The position numbers and the translations under genes are program-made. A stretch of DNA of 64,000 nt from a bacterium (lineage in GTDB: Bacteria; UBA8248; JACPRG01; G963555815). The notes beneath the pieces were generated by a model. The model saw only the letters and a program-made list of their open reading frames with translations, ran no database searches and was not told the DNA's origin. The stretch spans positions 5,088,001 to 5,152,000 of the forward strand of contig OZ244653.1 of the NCBI GenBank assembly GCA_965218795.1. The letters run 5' to 3'. Positions 9,544 to 20,935 of this stretch are shown here, one piece after another (the first letter of the stretch is position 1; each line of letters starts with the position of its first letter).

Positions 9544-12500
9544 AGCGCGCCGATTTCTGTCACCTTCATCTTCACACCCAGTACAGTCTGCTGGACGGGG
9601 CCAACCGGCTCGACTCCCTGATGAAGAAGGCGGAGGCCCAGAAGCTGCCGGCCCTGGCCGTCACCGACCACGGCAACCTCTTCGGCGCGGTCAAGTTCTA
9701 CAAAAAGGCGCTTGATCACGGCATCAAGCCCATTCTCGGGTGCGAGCTCTACATCGCCCAGGGGAGCCGGTTCGACCGGACGCCGCCCTCGGGCGACGGA
9801 GCCGTGGGGCTCAATCACCAGCTCCTTCTCGCCATGGACGAGAAGGGCTACCGGAACCTCCTCGCCCTCGTCAGCAAGAGTCATCTGGAGAGCTTCTACT
9901 ACAAACCCCGCATCGACCGGGACCTGCTGGAGGAACACGCCGAGGGTCTCATCGCGACGACCTCGTGTCTCAACGGCCCGGTGCCGCAGGCGCTCCTACA
10001 GGAGAATGAGGAGCTTGCGGAGAGGACCGCGCGGAATTTCGCCGAGCTGTTCGAGGGGCGGTACTACGTCGAGCTTCAGGACCACGGCCTGGAGGAGCAG
10101 AAACGAGTCCTCCCGGGGCTCGTGGCCCTGGCCCGGAAGCTCGACCTTCCCATGATCGCCTCCAACGACTGTCACTACCTCGATGCCGGCGACGCCTTCG
10201 CCCATGAAGTTCTCTTGTGCATCCAGACGGGAAAGACCATCAATGACGCCAATCGGTGGCGGTTCCAGACCGACCAGCTCTACGTGAAGACCCCGGAAGA
10301 AATGGCCGGCGTTTTCTCGGACTTTCCCGAGGCCCTGCAGAATACCGTCAAGGTCGCCGAACGCTGCAACGTCGAGCTGGAGTTCGGTGGACGCCACCTG
10401 CCTCATTACCGGACGCCGGACGGCAGCAGTCTGGACGACTTCGTTGACCGGCTCGCCCGGATCGGCCTGGAGCGGAGACTGGAATCCAAAGGCCTCGCGC
10501 CGGGCGTCTCGCGTTCGGAATATGAGGAACGGCTGGCGTTCGAGCTGACGATGATCCGGAAGATGGGATTTTCCGGGTACTTTCTGATCGTTTGGGATTT
10601 CATCGACCACGCCCGCAAACGGTCCATTCCCGTCGGGCCGGGCCGAGGGTCGGCCGCGGGCAGCCTGGTCGCTTATTCACTGGGGATCACCGGCCTCGAC
10701 CCCATCCGGTACCGTCTGCTGTTCGAGCGATTCCTCAATCCCGAGCGCGTCTCCATGCCCGACATCGACATCGATTTCTGCATGGAGCGGCGGGACGAGG
10801 TGATCGAGTACGTCAACGAGAACTTCAGCCGAGAGAACGTAGCCCAGATCATCACGTTCGGCAGCATGATGGCCAAGGGCGTCATCCGCGATGTCGGACG
10901 GGCGATGGACATCCCCTACGGGGAGGTGGACCGGATTGCCAAGCTCGTTCCCGGTCGCCTGAACATCACGCTCGACGAGGCGCTGAAAGAGGAGCCCCGC
11001 CTTCGGGAGATGAGCGAGAGCGAACCCAGGGTGGAAGAACTGGTCAAGACCGCCCGAACCCTGGAGGGACTCTCCCGCCACGCCAGCACACACGCCGCCG
11101 GGGTCGTGATCGCCCCGCGCCCGCTGATGGAGATCGTCCCATTGTCAAGGGGCGCCAACGGCGAGACGGTCACCCAGTTCGACATGAACGACGTGGAATC
11201 CCTGGGTCTGCTGAAGATGGATTTCCTGGGCCTCAAGACCCTGACCGTCCTGCGGAAGGCCGAGGAGATGATTCGAGCCGGTGACGCCGAGACGATGGGG
11301 AAGCCGGATTTCGACGTCGAGAGGGTCCCGCTCGACGATTCTGAGACGTTCCGCGTTTTCCGTGAGGGCCGCACGGCCGGTATCTTCCAGTGTGAAAGCC
11401 GGGGGATGCGGGAAGTCCTCCGGAAGATGAAGCCCTCCACCTTCGAGGACATCATCGCCGCCGTCGCCCTGTACCGGCCGGGTCCGCTGGGCAGCGGGAT
11501 GGTGGACGACTACATCCACCGCAAGCAGGGGAAATCCCCCATCGACTATGAGCTTCCCGAACTTGAGCCCATCCTTCAGGAGACCTACGGAATCATCGTC
11601 TACCAGGAACAGGTGATGCAGATCGCCAGCGCGCTGGCCGGATTCAGCCTGGGGGAGGCCGACTTGCTGCGCCGGGCGATGGGAAAAAAGAAACCCGAGG
11701 AGATGGCCCGCCAGGAGGAGAATTTTCGAAAAGGGTGCGCGGAGCGGGACGTGCCGGCCGACAAGGCCAAGCGCATCTTCGAGCTGATGGCCTATTTCGC
11801 GGGTTATGGATTCAACAAATCCCACAGCGCGGCCTACGGCCTCGTGGCCTATTGGACGGCCTACCTGAAACATCATTACCCGCGCCAGTTCATGGCCGCC
11901 CTGCTCACCTGCGATATGGACAACACCGACAAGGTGGTGAAGAACATCGCCGAATGCAGGGACATGGGAATCCCCATCCTGCCGCCCGACATCAACAAAA
12001 GCGGCAAGCAGTTCACGGTCCACGAGGGCGGCATCCGCTTCGGGCTTGCGGCGATCAAGAACGTGGGGGCCGGGGCCGTGGACGAGATGCTCCGGGCCCG
12101 AGAGGACCGCGGTCCCTTCGAATCCCTGCTTGCGTTCACCCGAAGGGTGGATCTGCGGCAGATCAACCGGCGGGCGCTCGAGAGCCTCATCAAGTGCGGG
12201 GCGTTCGACTCCACGGGGGCGCGCCGAGCTCAGCTGATGGCGGTCCTGGACACCGCCCTTGAGCGGGCCGCCCAGGCCCAGCAGGACCGGATCACGGGCC
12301 AGGCGCATCTCTTCGGAGGGGAAGAGGAAGCCGAGACCGAAAATCCGTCCCTTCCGATGGTCCAGGAATGGGAAGAGAAAGAGCGGCTGACGCATGAGAG
12401 GGATGCGCTTGGATTCTTCATCACGGGCCATCCGCTTTCGCGCTTCGAACGGGAGGCGAAGTTACTGGCGACGGCGACGACGGCGGGTCTGTCGGAGGTC

Positions 12501-13013
12501 AATGGAAGCCGAAAGGTCCGGATGTGCGGTGTGGTCAACGCGCTCAAGGTTCAGACCACGCGCCGGGGTGATCTGATGGCCCGGTTCAATCTGGAAGATC
12601 TGGAAGGCGTGGCCGAGGTGATTGTTTTCCCCGAATGTTATCGGGATTCCTCGGAGACCTTGGACAGCGATGAGCCGATCCTCCTTTCCGGGACCATCGA
12701 TCCGGGGGAGAACGGAGTCGTCGTCAAGGCCGAGAAGATTGTTTTGCTTTCCGGAGCCGCGAAAAAACTGGGCCGGGGGATCCTGATCCGATTGCCGGCG
12801 GGGGGGAAGAGCCGCGAATGGATGCGGGCCCATCTGATTGATCTGAAGGAGATCCTGGAGGAGCACCGCGGCACGACGCCCTTGAGCCTCCAGTTCGATT
12901 TCGACGGTCGCGTGGAGACCCGTCGCTACCGGCACTTCGGGGTGGACCCCTCGGGGGAGATGATCGAGCGGGTCGAAAGCCTCTTGGGAAAGCGGTCCGT
13001 CCGGTTGGAATAG
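9540..13013 (+). CDS. dnaE: DNA polymerase III alpha subunit
   Basis: HLHLHTQYSLLDG PHP domain, GPGRGSAAGSLVAY, PDIDIDF, YGFNKSHSAAY, OB fold. Confidence 0.98.
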   Translation: MKRADFCHLHLHTQYSLLDGANRLDSLMKKAEAQKLPALAVTDHGNLFGAVKFYKKALDHGIKPILGCELYIAQGSRFDRTPPSGDGAVGLNHQLLLAMDEKGYRNLLALVSKSHLESFYYKPRIDRDLLEEHAEGLIATTSCLNGPVPQALLQENEELAERTARNFAELFEGRYYVELQDHGLEEQKRVLPGLVALARKLDLPMIASNDCHYLDAGDAFAHEVLLCIQTGKTINDANRWRFQTDQLYVKTPEEMAGVFSDFPEALQNTVKVAERCNVELEFGGRHLPHYRTPDGSSLDDFVDRLARIGLERRLESKGLAPGVSRSEYEERLAFELTMIRKMGFSGYFLIVWDFIDHARKRSIPVGPGRGSAAGSLVAYSLGITGLDPIRYRLLFERFLNPERVSMPDIDIDFCMERRDEVIEYVNENFSRENVAQIITFGSMMAKGVIRDVGRAMDIPYGEVDRIAKLVPGRLNITLDEALKEEPRLREMSESEPRVEELVKTARTLEGLSRHASTHAAGVVIAPRPLMEIVPLSRGANGETVTQFDMNDVESLGLLKMDFLGLKTLTVLRKAEEMIRAGDAETMGKPDFDVERVPLDDSETFRVFREGRTAGIFQCESRGMREVLRKMKPSTFEDIIAAVALYRPGPLGSGMVDDYIHRKQGKSPIDYELPELEPILQETYGIIVYQEQVMQIASALAGFSLGEADLLRRAMGKKKPEEMARQEENFRKGCAERDVPADKAKRIFELMAYFAGYGFNKSHSAAYGLVAYWTAYLKHHYPRQFMAALLTCDMDNTDKVVKNIAECRDMGIPILPPDINKSGKQFTVHEGGIRFGLAAIKNVGAGAVDEMLRAREDRGPFESLLAFTRRVDLRQINRRALESLIKCGAFDSTGARRAQLMAVLDTALERAAQAQQDRITGQAHLFGGEEEAETENPSLPMVQEWEEKERLTHERDALGFFITGHPLSRFEREAKLLATATTAGLSEVNGSRKVRMCGVVNALKVQTTRRGDLMARFNLEDLEGVAEVIVFPECYRDSSETLDSDEPILLSGTIDPGENGVVVKAEKIVLLSGAAKKLGRGILIRLPAGGKSREWMRAHLIDLKEILEEHRGTTPLSLQFDFDGRVETRRYRHFGVDPSGEMIERVESLLGKRSVRLE

Positions 13014-13131
13014 CCGTCTTCGGCTCTTCGCCTGCGTCGACCGGCGTGCTGTCGGTTTGAGCTTCGGCCAAACGCCCAGGTGCGCCCGCTTTGCTGGACT
13101 GCCCCATCCTTGTGGTTTAATCTGACTCATT

Positions 13132-14373
13132 ATGTCCAACGTCCTGGCCGTCATCATGGGAGGTGGGCGGGGTACCCGCCTGTATCCGCTGACCAAAGTC
13201 CGGAGCAAGCCGGCAGTCCCTTTGGGGGGGAAGTACCGTCTGATCGACATCACGATCAGCAACTGCCTCAATTCCGGATATCGGAAGGTATTCGTCCTCA
13301 CCCAGTTTCAGTCGGCTTCCCTGAACAGCCACATCACGGGCACGTATCGGTTCGACCCCTTCGCTCCCGGATTCGTCGAGATTCTCGCCGCCGAGCAGAC
13401 CGATGAAAGCCAGGAATGGTATCAGGGAACGGCCGACGCGATCCGGAAGCACCTCCATCGCCTGCTGGACCCGCCCCACGATTTCTATCTGATTCTTTCG
13501 GGTGATCACCTGTACCGCATGGACTATGGGGACATGGTGCAGCAACATGAGAGAACCGGCGCCGATGTGACGGTGGGGGTATATGCGGTCACCCGTGAGG
13601 CGGCCAAGGAATTTGGTATCATGCGGCTGGCCCCGGGCGGCCGGATCATCGGGTTTGTGGAAAAGCCGAACGATCCAATGGTGCTGGACGACCTGGAACT
13701 CCCGGAGAGCGATCCGCTCGTTCAAGGTCAACGCGATCGGACCCGGCGTTTTCCTGGGTCCATGGGGATTTATGTTTTCAGTCGGATGGCGCTGGAGAAT
13801 GCACTCGGGAGTATGACCGAGTGGGATTTCGGCAGGCACATCATTCCGGGTCTGTTGGACCGGATGCGCGTCATGAGTTATCCATTCCAAGGGTATTGGG
13901 AAGACATTGGAACGATTCGGGCATTCTATGAAGCAAACCTCCGGCTCACTCAGCCCGACCCGCCTTTCTGGTTCTACGAAGCCGCCGCTCCAATCTATAC
14001 CCGGCCCCGCTACCTTTCACCAACCCGGATCGCGGACTGCAGGGTTTCGGACTCCCTCATCGCGGATGGGTGCTTTCTCGAGGGGGCGGAGGTCAGCCAT
14101 TCGATACTGGGGATCCGAAGCGCGGTTCGGAGGGGATCCCGTATGCTCCGCACGATCGTGATGGGAAGGGAATCGTTTCAGGGCCAGGGGGGGATCGGAG
14201 AGGATTGCACGATCGAAGGGGCGATCCTGGATCTGAACGCCCAAATCGGCGAAGGAGTCGAGATCCGCGGGCGCCCGGATCGACCGGATGAGGACGGCGA
14301 AAGCTATGTCGTCCGGGATGGTATCGTCGTCGTTCCAAAAAATTCGAAAATCCCGGCGGGGACGAAGATTTAA
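13132..14373 (+). CDS. glgC: Glucose-1-phosphate adenylyltransferase
   Basis: [45 protein letters not shown]. Confidence 0.96.
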   Translation: MSNVLAVIMGGGRGTRLYPLTKVRSKPAVPLGGKYRLIDITISNCLNSGYRKVFVLTQFQSASLNSHITGTYRFDPFAPGFVEILAAEQTDESQEWYQGTADAIRKHLHRLLDPPHDFYLILSGDHLYRMDYGDMVQQHERTGADVTVGVYAVTREAAKEFGIMRLAPGGRIIGFVEKPNDPMVLDDLELPESDPLVQGQRDRTRRFPGSMGIYVFSRMALENALGSMTEWDFGRHIIPGLLDRMRVMSYPFQGYWEDIGTIRAFYEANLRLTQPDPPFWFYEAAAPIYTRPRYLSPTRIADCRVSDSLIADGCFLEGAEVSHSILGIRSAVRRGSRMLRTIVMGRESFQGQGGIGEDCTIEGAILDLNAQIGEGVEIRGRPDRPDEDGESYVVRDGIVVVPKNSKIPAGTKI

Positions 14374-15128
14374 TGACGCCAGGAGGCAGAAGCCGGACAA
14401 TCGTTTGGGAGATGCTGGGACGCGTGGACTACGAGCCCGCCGAAGCGCTCCAGCACCGTCTGCGCGAGGAGCGCATCGCCGGCCGGATACCCGACATGCT
14501 CCTCCTGCTGGAGCATCCCCCCGTCCTGACCATCGGGCGGGGCGGAAACGCCGAAAACATCCTCGCCTCTGCTGAAACCCTCAGCGCCCTGGGTATCCGA
14601 ACGCATATGATCGGCCGGGGGGGAGACGTGACCTATCACGGACCGGGGCAGATCGTCGGCTATCCCATCATGGACCTGCGAGACAAAGGGCGAGACGTAC
14701 ACCGCTACCTTCGTCGTTTGGAAGATGTTTTCATCAGGCTCCTGGCAGGGCGGGGCATTGCGGGACATCGGGTGCGGGGGGCCACCGGCGTATGGGTAGG
14801 CGACAGGAAGATCCTGGCCATCGGGATTGGGGTCCGAAAATGGGTGACCCTCCATGGATTCGCCTTCAACGTGTCCCCGGATCTGAGGCATTTTCAGCTG
14901 ATTCGGCCCTGCGGGTTTGAAGCGGAGCAGGTGACCTCTCTCGCTGATTTGAAACAACGGGATGAACTCTGGCAAGATTCCGAATGGGATCTCGCCGGGT
15001 TGGCAGGCGAGATTGTCCACGCGTTCTCGGGCGCGTTTGAGCTCAAGCCGGTCAGGGTGTGTGAATCAGGTGGCGACGTATGGGAGATCATCCGTCCTTA
15101 TTTCGTGGAGGAGGCGGCCGTCGATTAA
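14373..15128 (+). CDS. lipB: Lipoyl(octanoyl) transferase
   Basis: LLEHPPVLTIGR, RGGDVTYHGPGQ, KILAIG, HGFAFNV, PCG. Confidence 0.95.
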   Translation: MTPGGRSRTIVWEMLGRVDYEPAEALQHRLREERIAGRIPDMLLLLEHPPVLTIGRGGNAENILASAETLSALGIRTHMIGRGGDVTYHGPGQIVGYPIMDLRDKGRDVHRYLRRLEDVFIRLLAGRGIAGHRVRGATGVWVGDRKILAIGIGVRKWVTLHGFAFNVSPDLRHFQLIRPCGFEAEQVTSLADLKQRDELWQDSEWDLAGLAGEIVHAFSGAFELKPVRVCESGGDVWEIIRPYFVEEAAVD

Positions 15129-15240
15129 GTCCGTTGTCGGAGACCGTGCATGTCATCGAGCCAGCCGCATCGACACTGTTGGATAAGAGAATGAGTCACG
15201 CCAAGCGAGGTGAACTTTGAATCGTCGACCCGCAAATCGA

Positions 15241-16113
15241 ATGCCCGGGCCGTTTCGGTTTCCATTCTGGGTACTGGCAGTGGGGATGGCCTTCGCCGTG
15301 ACGGCGGTATTGGCGGCGGAAGCCTTGGGGCTCGAGATCGACGTGATTCGATCACAGATTCTGGGCGTGGAGATGAAGGACATTCCGCTGAAGGCCTGGA
15401 CCCTGATCCGTCGCGGCGGACCGGCCATGTATCCCATCATCCTTTGTTCCATCCTGGCGCTCGGGGTGTTTTTCGAACGGTCCGTCAATCTCAGGCGGAA
15501 ACGCATCATCCATCAGGATTTCCTCTCCGACATCCGGCGTTTTTGGACACGGCGGGACGTGAATCAGGCCCTCCAGCTGTGCTGGGCCCACGACATTTCG
15601 ATTTCCCGTATCCTGCGGGCGGGACTTTTACGCCACCGCATCTCCCTGGCGGATATGGAGCGGGCCATCGAGGCGGCGGGACAGCACGAGATCTCTCTGC
15701 TGACGTCCAACCTGCGAGCTCTGGGCGTCGTGGCCAACCTGACGCCCATGCTCGGTCTGCTCGGCACCGTCATCGGGATGATCAAGGCCTTTACCGCCAT
15801 CTCCCAAAGCGGAACGGGCAACCCGGGACTGGTGGCGACGGGGATTTCCGAGGCGCTCTTGACCACGGCGGCCGGTCTCATTGTGGGGATTCCCTCCCTG
15901 GCGGCGTACCATTACTTTCGAGCCAAGATTGACCGCTACGTCTATGAGATGGAACACATCAGTCTGGAAATCCTGGAAGATGTGAGCCGTGAGCATGTGT
16001 CAGAAGATGGCCTGTTGCCTGCCGAGTCGACCGCAGCGGCGGCGGAAAAGCCGACGGAATCCGAGCGATGGGGCGAGGAAACCCCCGGTGGGGGAGGCGA
16101 CCGTGCGATTTGA
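15241..16113 (+). CDS. MotA/TolQ/ExbB proton channel protein
   Basis: PMLGLLGTVIGMIKAF, GISEALLTTAAGL. Confidence 0.93.
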   Translation: MPGPFRFPFWVLAVGMAFAVTAVLAAEALGLEIDVIRSQILGVEMKDIPLKAWTLIRRGGPAMYPIILCSILALGVFFERSVNLRRKRIIHQDFLSDIRRFWTRRDVNQALQLCWAHDISISRILRAGLLRHRISLADMERAIEAAGQHEISLLTSNLRALGVVANLTPMLGLLGTVIGMIKAFTAISQSGTGNPGLVATGISEALLTTAAGLIVGIPSLAAYHYFRAKIDRYVYEMEHISLEILEDVSREHVSEDGLLPAESTAAAAEKPTESERWGEETPGGGGDRAI

Positions 16114-16510
16114 CATAAGCTCGGAGGAAGACTTCAGCCTTTCGCTCACTTCGTTGATCGATGTCGTCTTTCTTCTGCTGATCTTCTTTATGGTTTCCAC
16201 GACATTCATCGATTTCAGCCGCAGGCTGGACATCCGTCTCCCGGAAGCCAAGGCGGGATCCGTGACCGGGGAGCGGGCCCGGCAGTTCCTGATTGAAGTC
16301 GGAAAGGACGGCCGGATCACCCTGAACGGAAAAGATGTGAGCCTGCCCCTGCTGGAGCGTCGATTGGAGGCGTCCCGCGGGACGGAAGGACGGACCGCCC
16401 TCGTCCGCGCGGACCGGAGTCTCCCCTATGGGTTGATTATCCGGGTGATGGGTCTCTGCCGCGCCGCGGGCATCGAAGACATCGGCGTTGCCGTCAAAGG
16501 GGACGGATGA
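16103..16510 (+). CDS. ExbD/TolR biopolymer transport protein
   Basis: LTSLIDVVFLLLIFFMVST, ALVRADR; GGAGG RBS before GTG. Confidence 0.93.
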   Translation: MRFDISSEEDFSLSLTSLIDVVFLLLIFFMVSTTFIDFSRRLDIRLPEAKAGSVTGERARQFLIEVGKDGRITLNGKDVSLPLLERRLEASRGTEGRTALVRADRSLPYGLIIRVMGLCRAAGIEDIGVAVKGDG

Positions 16511-16930
16511 AAACAGGGGGGCCTCCTGGCGTTTGTCGGGCTGGGAATCCTGACGGGGCTCCTTCTCACCATTTTGGAATGGTCGATTCTACTTTTCGGA
16601 TGGCTGGGCCCGGAGCGAATGCGCGGCTCGATGGCTTCGGGCTATGGATGAGCTCGCTCCTGATGGACCTCCCGCTGTGGACAATTGTCTCCCTCTTGTT
16701 TCTTGGGGTTGGCAGACTGATTCGCCGAAAAGGCGGAAATGAAATCACTTGGAGCGGTGTTTGAGCTGGTTGGCTCACGGTCGCAACTCTTGCCTTTTGT
16801 TTCGAACATATCGGTTGGGTCGATCTCGACCTCGCCTCCCGGGTTTTCTCCTCGTTCGGCCGCCTTCCGTATCTTGTGCTGTGGGTCCTCCTAATCAACA
16901 GGGTTCATGGCGCTCCAAGTCGCCATTGAA
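16507..16930 (+). pseudogene. Degraded membrane-protein gene
   Basis: Hydrophobic segments (LLAFVGLGILTGLLLTILEWSILLFGW; LPLWTIVSLLFLGVG; LPYLVLWVLLI) lie in different frames with an internal stop; ATGA overlap with exbD. Confidence 0.45.
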
Positions 16931-17026
16931 GAAGTGCGTCGATGAGATCACCGCTTCGGGCGGCATCGATTTCAATTTCACGAGAACGAGGGACGCCGGC
17001 GCGTTCCCGGAAAGAAGGGAATCCCT

Positions 17027-17650
17027 ATGGAGTTCGCCCCGCTTGATCATGCCACCGTGCGAATCATCATGATCCGTCACGGTGAGGTGGAAAACCATGA
17101 CGCCGGAATTTTCAACGGCCAGATGGATGTGGATATCACCCCAAGGGGCGTAGAGCACATGGAGCGCGCGGCTGAATTTCTCTCCGGGGCGGGGATTGCA
17201 AAGATCTACTCGAGCGACTTGGTGCGGACGGTTCGTGGTGCGGAGATTATTGCGCAACGGCTCGGATTCAACGGGACTCGGGAGGCGGTCCCGGAAATCC
17301 GGGAGATCCACCTGGGGGAGTGGCAGGGGCTTTCGGGCGAGGAGATTGATCGCCGTTACCCGGGGATGCGGGAGGAGCGGTTCCCCGAAATCGCAACGTT
17401 TCGAATTCCAGGCGGCGAGACCGTGGCTGAATTATCCGAGCGGGTGGTTCCCGCCGTTACGCAGATTGCCCAAAGGCACCGGGGCGAAGCCGTTGCCATC
17501 GTCGCGCACGCGGGCCCCAACCGAATGGTGCTTTGTCACGCCCTCGGACTGGGGCTGGATCGCGTCTATCACATTCAGCAGGATTACGGCGCAATCAATG
17601 TCATTGATTTCTCCCCCAACCATTCCACCGTCCTCATGATGAACGGATAG
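17027..17650 (+). CDS. Histidine phosphatase family protein (CobC/PGAM-like)
   Basis: IRHGE, YSSDLVR, REIHLGEWQG, VAHAG. Confidence 0.92.
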   Translation: MEFAPLDHATVRIIMIRHGEVENHDAGIFNGQMDVDITPRGVEHMERAAEFLSGAGIAKIYSSDLVRTVRGAEIIAQRLGFNGTREAVPEIREIHLGEWQGLSGEEIDRRYPGMREERFPEIATFRIPGGETVAELSERVVPAVTQIAQRHRGEAVAIVAHAGPNRMVLCHALGLGLDRVYHIQQDYGAINVIDFSPNHSTVLMMNG

Positions 17651-17733
17651 GGCGTCCGGTCAGCGGGCGGTCATCACAAGGGGAATAGCCGCAAAGGCGT
17701 TGAAGCGCCGATGACCCCGGAATCCCGTCCGAC

Positions 17734-18216
17734 GTGCGCGCTCATATGAGACGACTCGATTCACCGGTTCGGGGCATTGTCAAGGCATTGCGGGATGTCG
17801 TTCGAAAGTCGGCCCCGGCGCTCGAAGAGGTGATTCGCCGGGGACGCCTCTGCTACCGAAATCGTGATGATGTTTGCGCCATCGCAGCGCACAAGTCGCA
17901 TGTCAGCCTTCAATTCTGGAGAGGAAGCGGGCTGTCCGACCCGGAGGCGCTGCTCGAAGGAACCGGCAAGGGGATGCGGCGCATCAAGATTGCCGGCCGG
18001 TTGAGTCCGTCGCAGCCCCGATCGGAGCAAAGGGCGAAGCGTCGCCGACTCGAGCCTGGGGCGGAGACCGGGGGGGCAGACCCTCCAGGCCCCGATCTCC
18101 GCTTGCGTCGGCGGACGTGGCGCTCAAATCGCGGCTACGCCTGGAAGGGTGAAGACGTTCCCCTGACGTGGACAGTCAACCCCCCATCCGTGTTCCCTCC
18201 ATACTGCGCGACCTGA
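17734..18216 (+). pseudogene. DUF1801/YdhG-like protein, ends probably degraded
   Basis: APALEEVI..G..CY, KSHVSLQFWRG..LSDPEALLEGTGKGMR core; C-terminal extension looks non-homologous. Confidence 0.6.
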
Positions 18217-18365
18217 GAACCGGGGATCACGGAGTGTCCGCCAGGCTTGACACTGCTCAGCCTGCCTCATTAGGATGCTTCCAATATTGAATAAGGGGCT
18301 TTCCCGGTCAGCAGCAGTAATTGGATGGAGCAATCCGGCTGGCTCATCAACCATGGAGAAAAGTG

Positions 18366-19574
18366 ATGAAGTGCTTGAAAGCCGCCTTTCAACGGGGGGT
18401 GACCTTTTTTCTGATGGCGGCCTGGGGAATCTTCCTGGGCGCGTTGCCCGTTTCCGCTCCACCGGCCTCGGCTGAGGGTCTTCACGCGCCTCACGGGGCG
18501 TCGACCGGTTTGGCCTTTGTGGTCAACCGTGACTCGAATGACGTCGCGGTTATCGACACGCGGACAAGGCAGATCGTCGGCCGATTTCCTGTGGGGGAGT
18601 CTCCTCACATGGCGGCCGTTTCCCCGGACGGACAATTCGTGTATACGACGGGCCAGGAAGACGACACGTTGACGGTCACCCGCCTGCCGGATTTCCATAC
18701 CGTCACAAAGGTTCGAGTCGGCAGAGGCCCTGAGCACCTCGACGTGGCCCCTGACGGTCAACGCGTTTACGTTGCCAACTTCGAGGGGGGGACCCTCTCC
18801 GTCGTGGATGCGCGAGAGCTCCGGGAGACCCGGCGGCTGGCCGGCTTCAGACACCCGCACAACATCACCATTTCAAAGACAGGGCATCGGGCCTATGTCG
18901 CCAATCTGGGTTCGGACCAAGTCCACGTCGTTGACATGCTGGAACAGACCGTCGCGCACTCTTTCAACGCGGCGAGTCCCATTCGGTTGGCGGGCCTCGA
19001 AAATAACGCCGCCCGCCGCGGGATCGTCAACGTCACCCTGACCCCCGACGGCCGCTTCGGGTATGCCGCACACGGTGACGGGGGAGAGGTCGCCGTCATC
19101 GATGTGACGGCCGATCGCGTGATCAAGTACATCAAAACGGGAAGGAGCCCCTGGCGCGCGTTCGCCACGCCGGACGGCAAGCGGATGCTGGTCCCGAATC
19201 TGGGTGACCGAACCGTATCGGTGATCGACACTGAGAAACAGAAGGTGGCCGCCGTTTTGCCCGGATTGAAAGACATGACGGGGATTAATCCGGGGACGGA
19301 CGGGCGGTTGGCCTTCGTGATCGGTCGTGCGGAGAATGCAGTGCGGGTCCTGGACCTGGAAGCGAACCGGGTGGTCAAAGACATTCGAGTGGGACGGTCC
19401 CCTGAGACCGCAAGCACCACCCCGGACGGCCGCTACATGTATGTCGCCGCCAGCGGATCGAATGAGGTCTGGGTCATCGACACCCGGCGTCTGGCCGTCG
19501 CTTCAGTCATTTCCGGCGTCGGCAGGCATCCGTGGGCCGTGGCCATCGCGGGCGGCGTCAATTATTGCCACTGA
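18366..19574 (+). CDS. Secreted YVTN/YncE-type beta-propeller protein
   Basis: Signal peptide; repeated VG..P....(S/T)PDG..YV.N blades; ends in GGVNYCH. Confidence 0.9.
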   Translation: MKCLKAAFQRGVTFFLMAAWGIFLGALPVSAPPASAEGLHAPHGASTGLAFVVNRDSNDVAVIDTRTRQIVGRFPVGESPHMAAVSPDGQFVYTTGQEDDTLTVTRLPDFHTVTKVRVGRGPEHLDVAPDGQRVYVANFEGGTLSVVDARELRETRRLAGFRHPHNITISKTGHRAYVANLGSDQVHVVDMLEQTVAHSFNAASPIRLAGLENNAARRGIVNVTLTPDGRFGYAAHGDGGEVAVIDVTADRVIKYIKTGRSPWRAFATPDGKRMLVPNLGDRTVSVIDTEKQKVAAVLPGLKDMTGINPGTDGRLAFVIGRAENAVRVLDLEANRVVKDIRVGRSPETASTTPDGRYMYVAASGSNEVWVIDTRRLAVASVISGVGRHPWAVAIAGGVNYCH

Positions 19575-19737
19575 TATCAACAGTGGAAACAGAGCCGACG
19601 GCAATTGGATTTGGAAATTTAGTATCATTCACCCGGTAACGGAGAAGGTTGCCGGGTGTTTTTTTGGAAGGTTTGGCCGCCTCGATGTTTTGCGGTGCGG
19701 CCTTGAGAGGGTCCAACCAAGTATCTGGTTTCGTCCG

Positions 19738-20934
19738 ATGACCGATTGGATGCTCCAAATTACTGTCATCCTCATCGGTGCGCTCGTAGCTGCGGAAATT
19801 GCGCGCGCCCTCAGGCTTTCCTCCGTGCTGGGCGAACTGACGGTCGGGATTCTGCTCGGAAGCTCCGTTCTGGGGTGGTTGCCCGAGAGTCATCTTTTGG
19901 AGGTTCTGGCAGAGCTTGGCGTCATCTTCATGATCTTCATGGTCGGCCTGGAGACCCGATTCGATCACATCCGGAAAGTCGGCAAGGAGGCCACGCTCGT
20001 CGCGATATTCGGCGTCTTGTTTCCCTTTTTCGGCGGCTACGGAATCGGCTTGGCTTACGACTTCAATACGCCGACTTCGCTCTTCCTCGGGACCATCCTG
20101 GCCGCGACCAGCGTGGCCATCACCGCACGGGTCTTTATGGAGATGGGCAAGGTCCATACCTCCGTCTCTCAAACGATTCTGGCGGCGGCTGTCATCGACG
20201 ACGTTCTCAGCCTCCTGGTCCTGACGGTGATCCTCGCAACGACAGGAGCCGGCGAAAGCGCCTCGGTGGGGTGGGCGGTCTCCAAGGTCGTTCTCTTCCT
20301 TGTTGTCGTTTTCCCTCTTTTTTGGTGGGTTGTCCCCAAGGTCGTTCAGCCCATCATGAGATACGGCGGTGACCGGACTTTCCTGGCTTTTGTCATCGGT
20401 TTGTTGTTCCTGTTTTCCTACCTGGCCCACGCATCGGGATTGGCGGCTATCGTGGGCGCTTTCCTCATCGGCATGGTCCTGGCCGAGACCAAGGGGCAAA
20501 TTGAAATCATGGAGCAGATTCGTCCGATCTACGTCTTTCTGGCCCCGGTGTTCTTTGTCGTGACAGGCGCTCAGGTGCACATGGGCCTGTTGGGGAAGGT
20601 CCTTGGGTTTACGGTCCTGCTGACGGTGGTTGCCATCCTGACCAAATGGCTGGGGTCGCTCGCGGCCGGGGCGATGACCGGGATGAACGTCCGAAAGGGA
20701 ACCCTCATCGGTGTGGGGATGGTCCCCCGCGGTGAGGTGGGGCTGATCGTCGCCTTGATTGGAGCGAAGGCCGGCATCCTCTCGAAAGAAATGTTCGCCG
20801 CGGCCGCGATGATGTGCCTGGCCACGACGTTTATCGTTCCCTTATGGCTGAAGTGGCTCGCCGGCGTGTTCCCGAAAGAGATGGATGAGGTCTCGCAGGC
20901 GGCTGCCCCCGCTTCCCACGGGATGGAAACCTGA
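19738..20934 (+). CDS. Cation:proton antiporter (CPA2/NapA-like)
   Basis: LAELGVIFMIFMVGLET, ATSVAIT, AAVIDD, GMVPRGEV; many TM helices. Confidence 0.93.
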   Translation: MTDWMLQITVILIGALVAAEIARALRLSSVLGELTVGILLGSSVLGWLPESHLLEVLAELGVIFMIFMVGLETRFDHIRKVGKEATLVAIFGVLFPFFGGYGIGLAYDFNTPTSLFLGTILAATSVAITARVFMEMGKVHTSVSQTILAAAVIDDVLSLLVLTVILATTGAGESASVGWAVSKVVLFLVVVFPLFWWVVPKVVQPIMRYGGDRTFLAFVIGLLFLFSYLAHASGLAAIVGAFLIGMVLAETKGQIEIMEQIRPIYVFLAPVFFVVTGAQVHMGLLGKVLGFTVLLTVVAILTKWLGSLAAGAMTGMNVRKGTLIGVGMVPRGEVGLIVALIGAKAGILSKEMFAAAAMMCLATTFIVPLWLKWLAGVFPKEMDEVSQAAAPASHGMET

Positions 20935-20935
20935 G

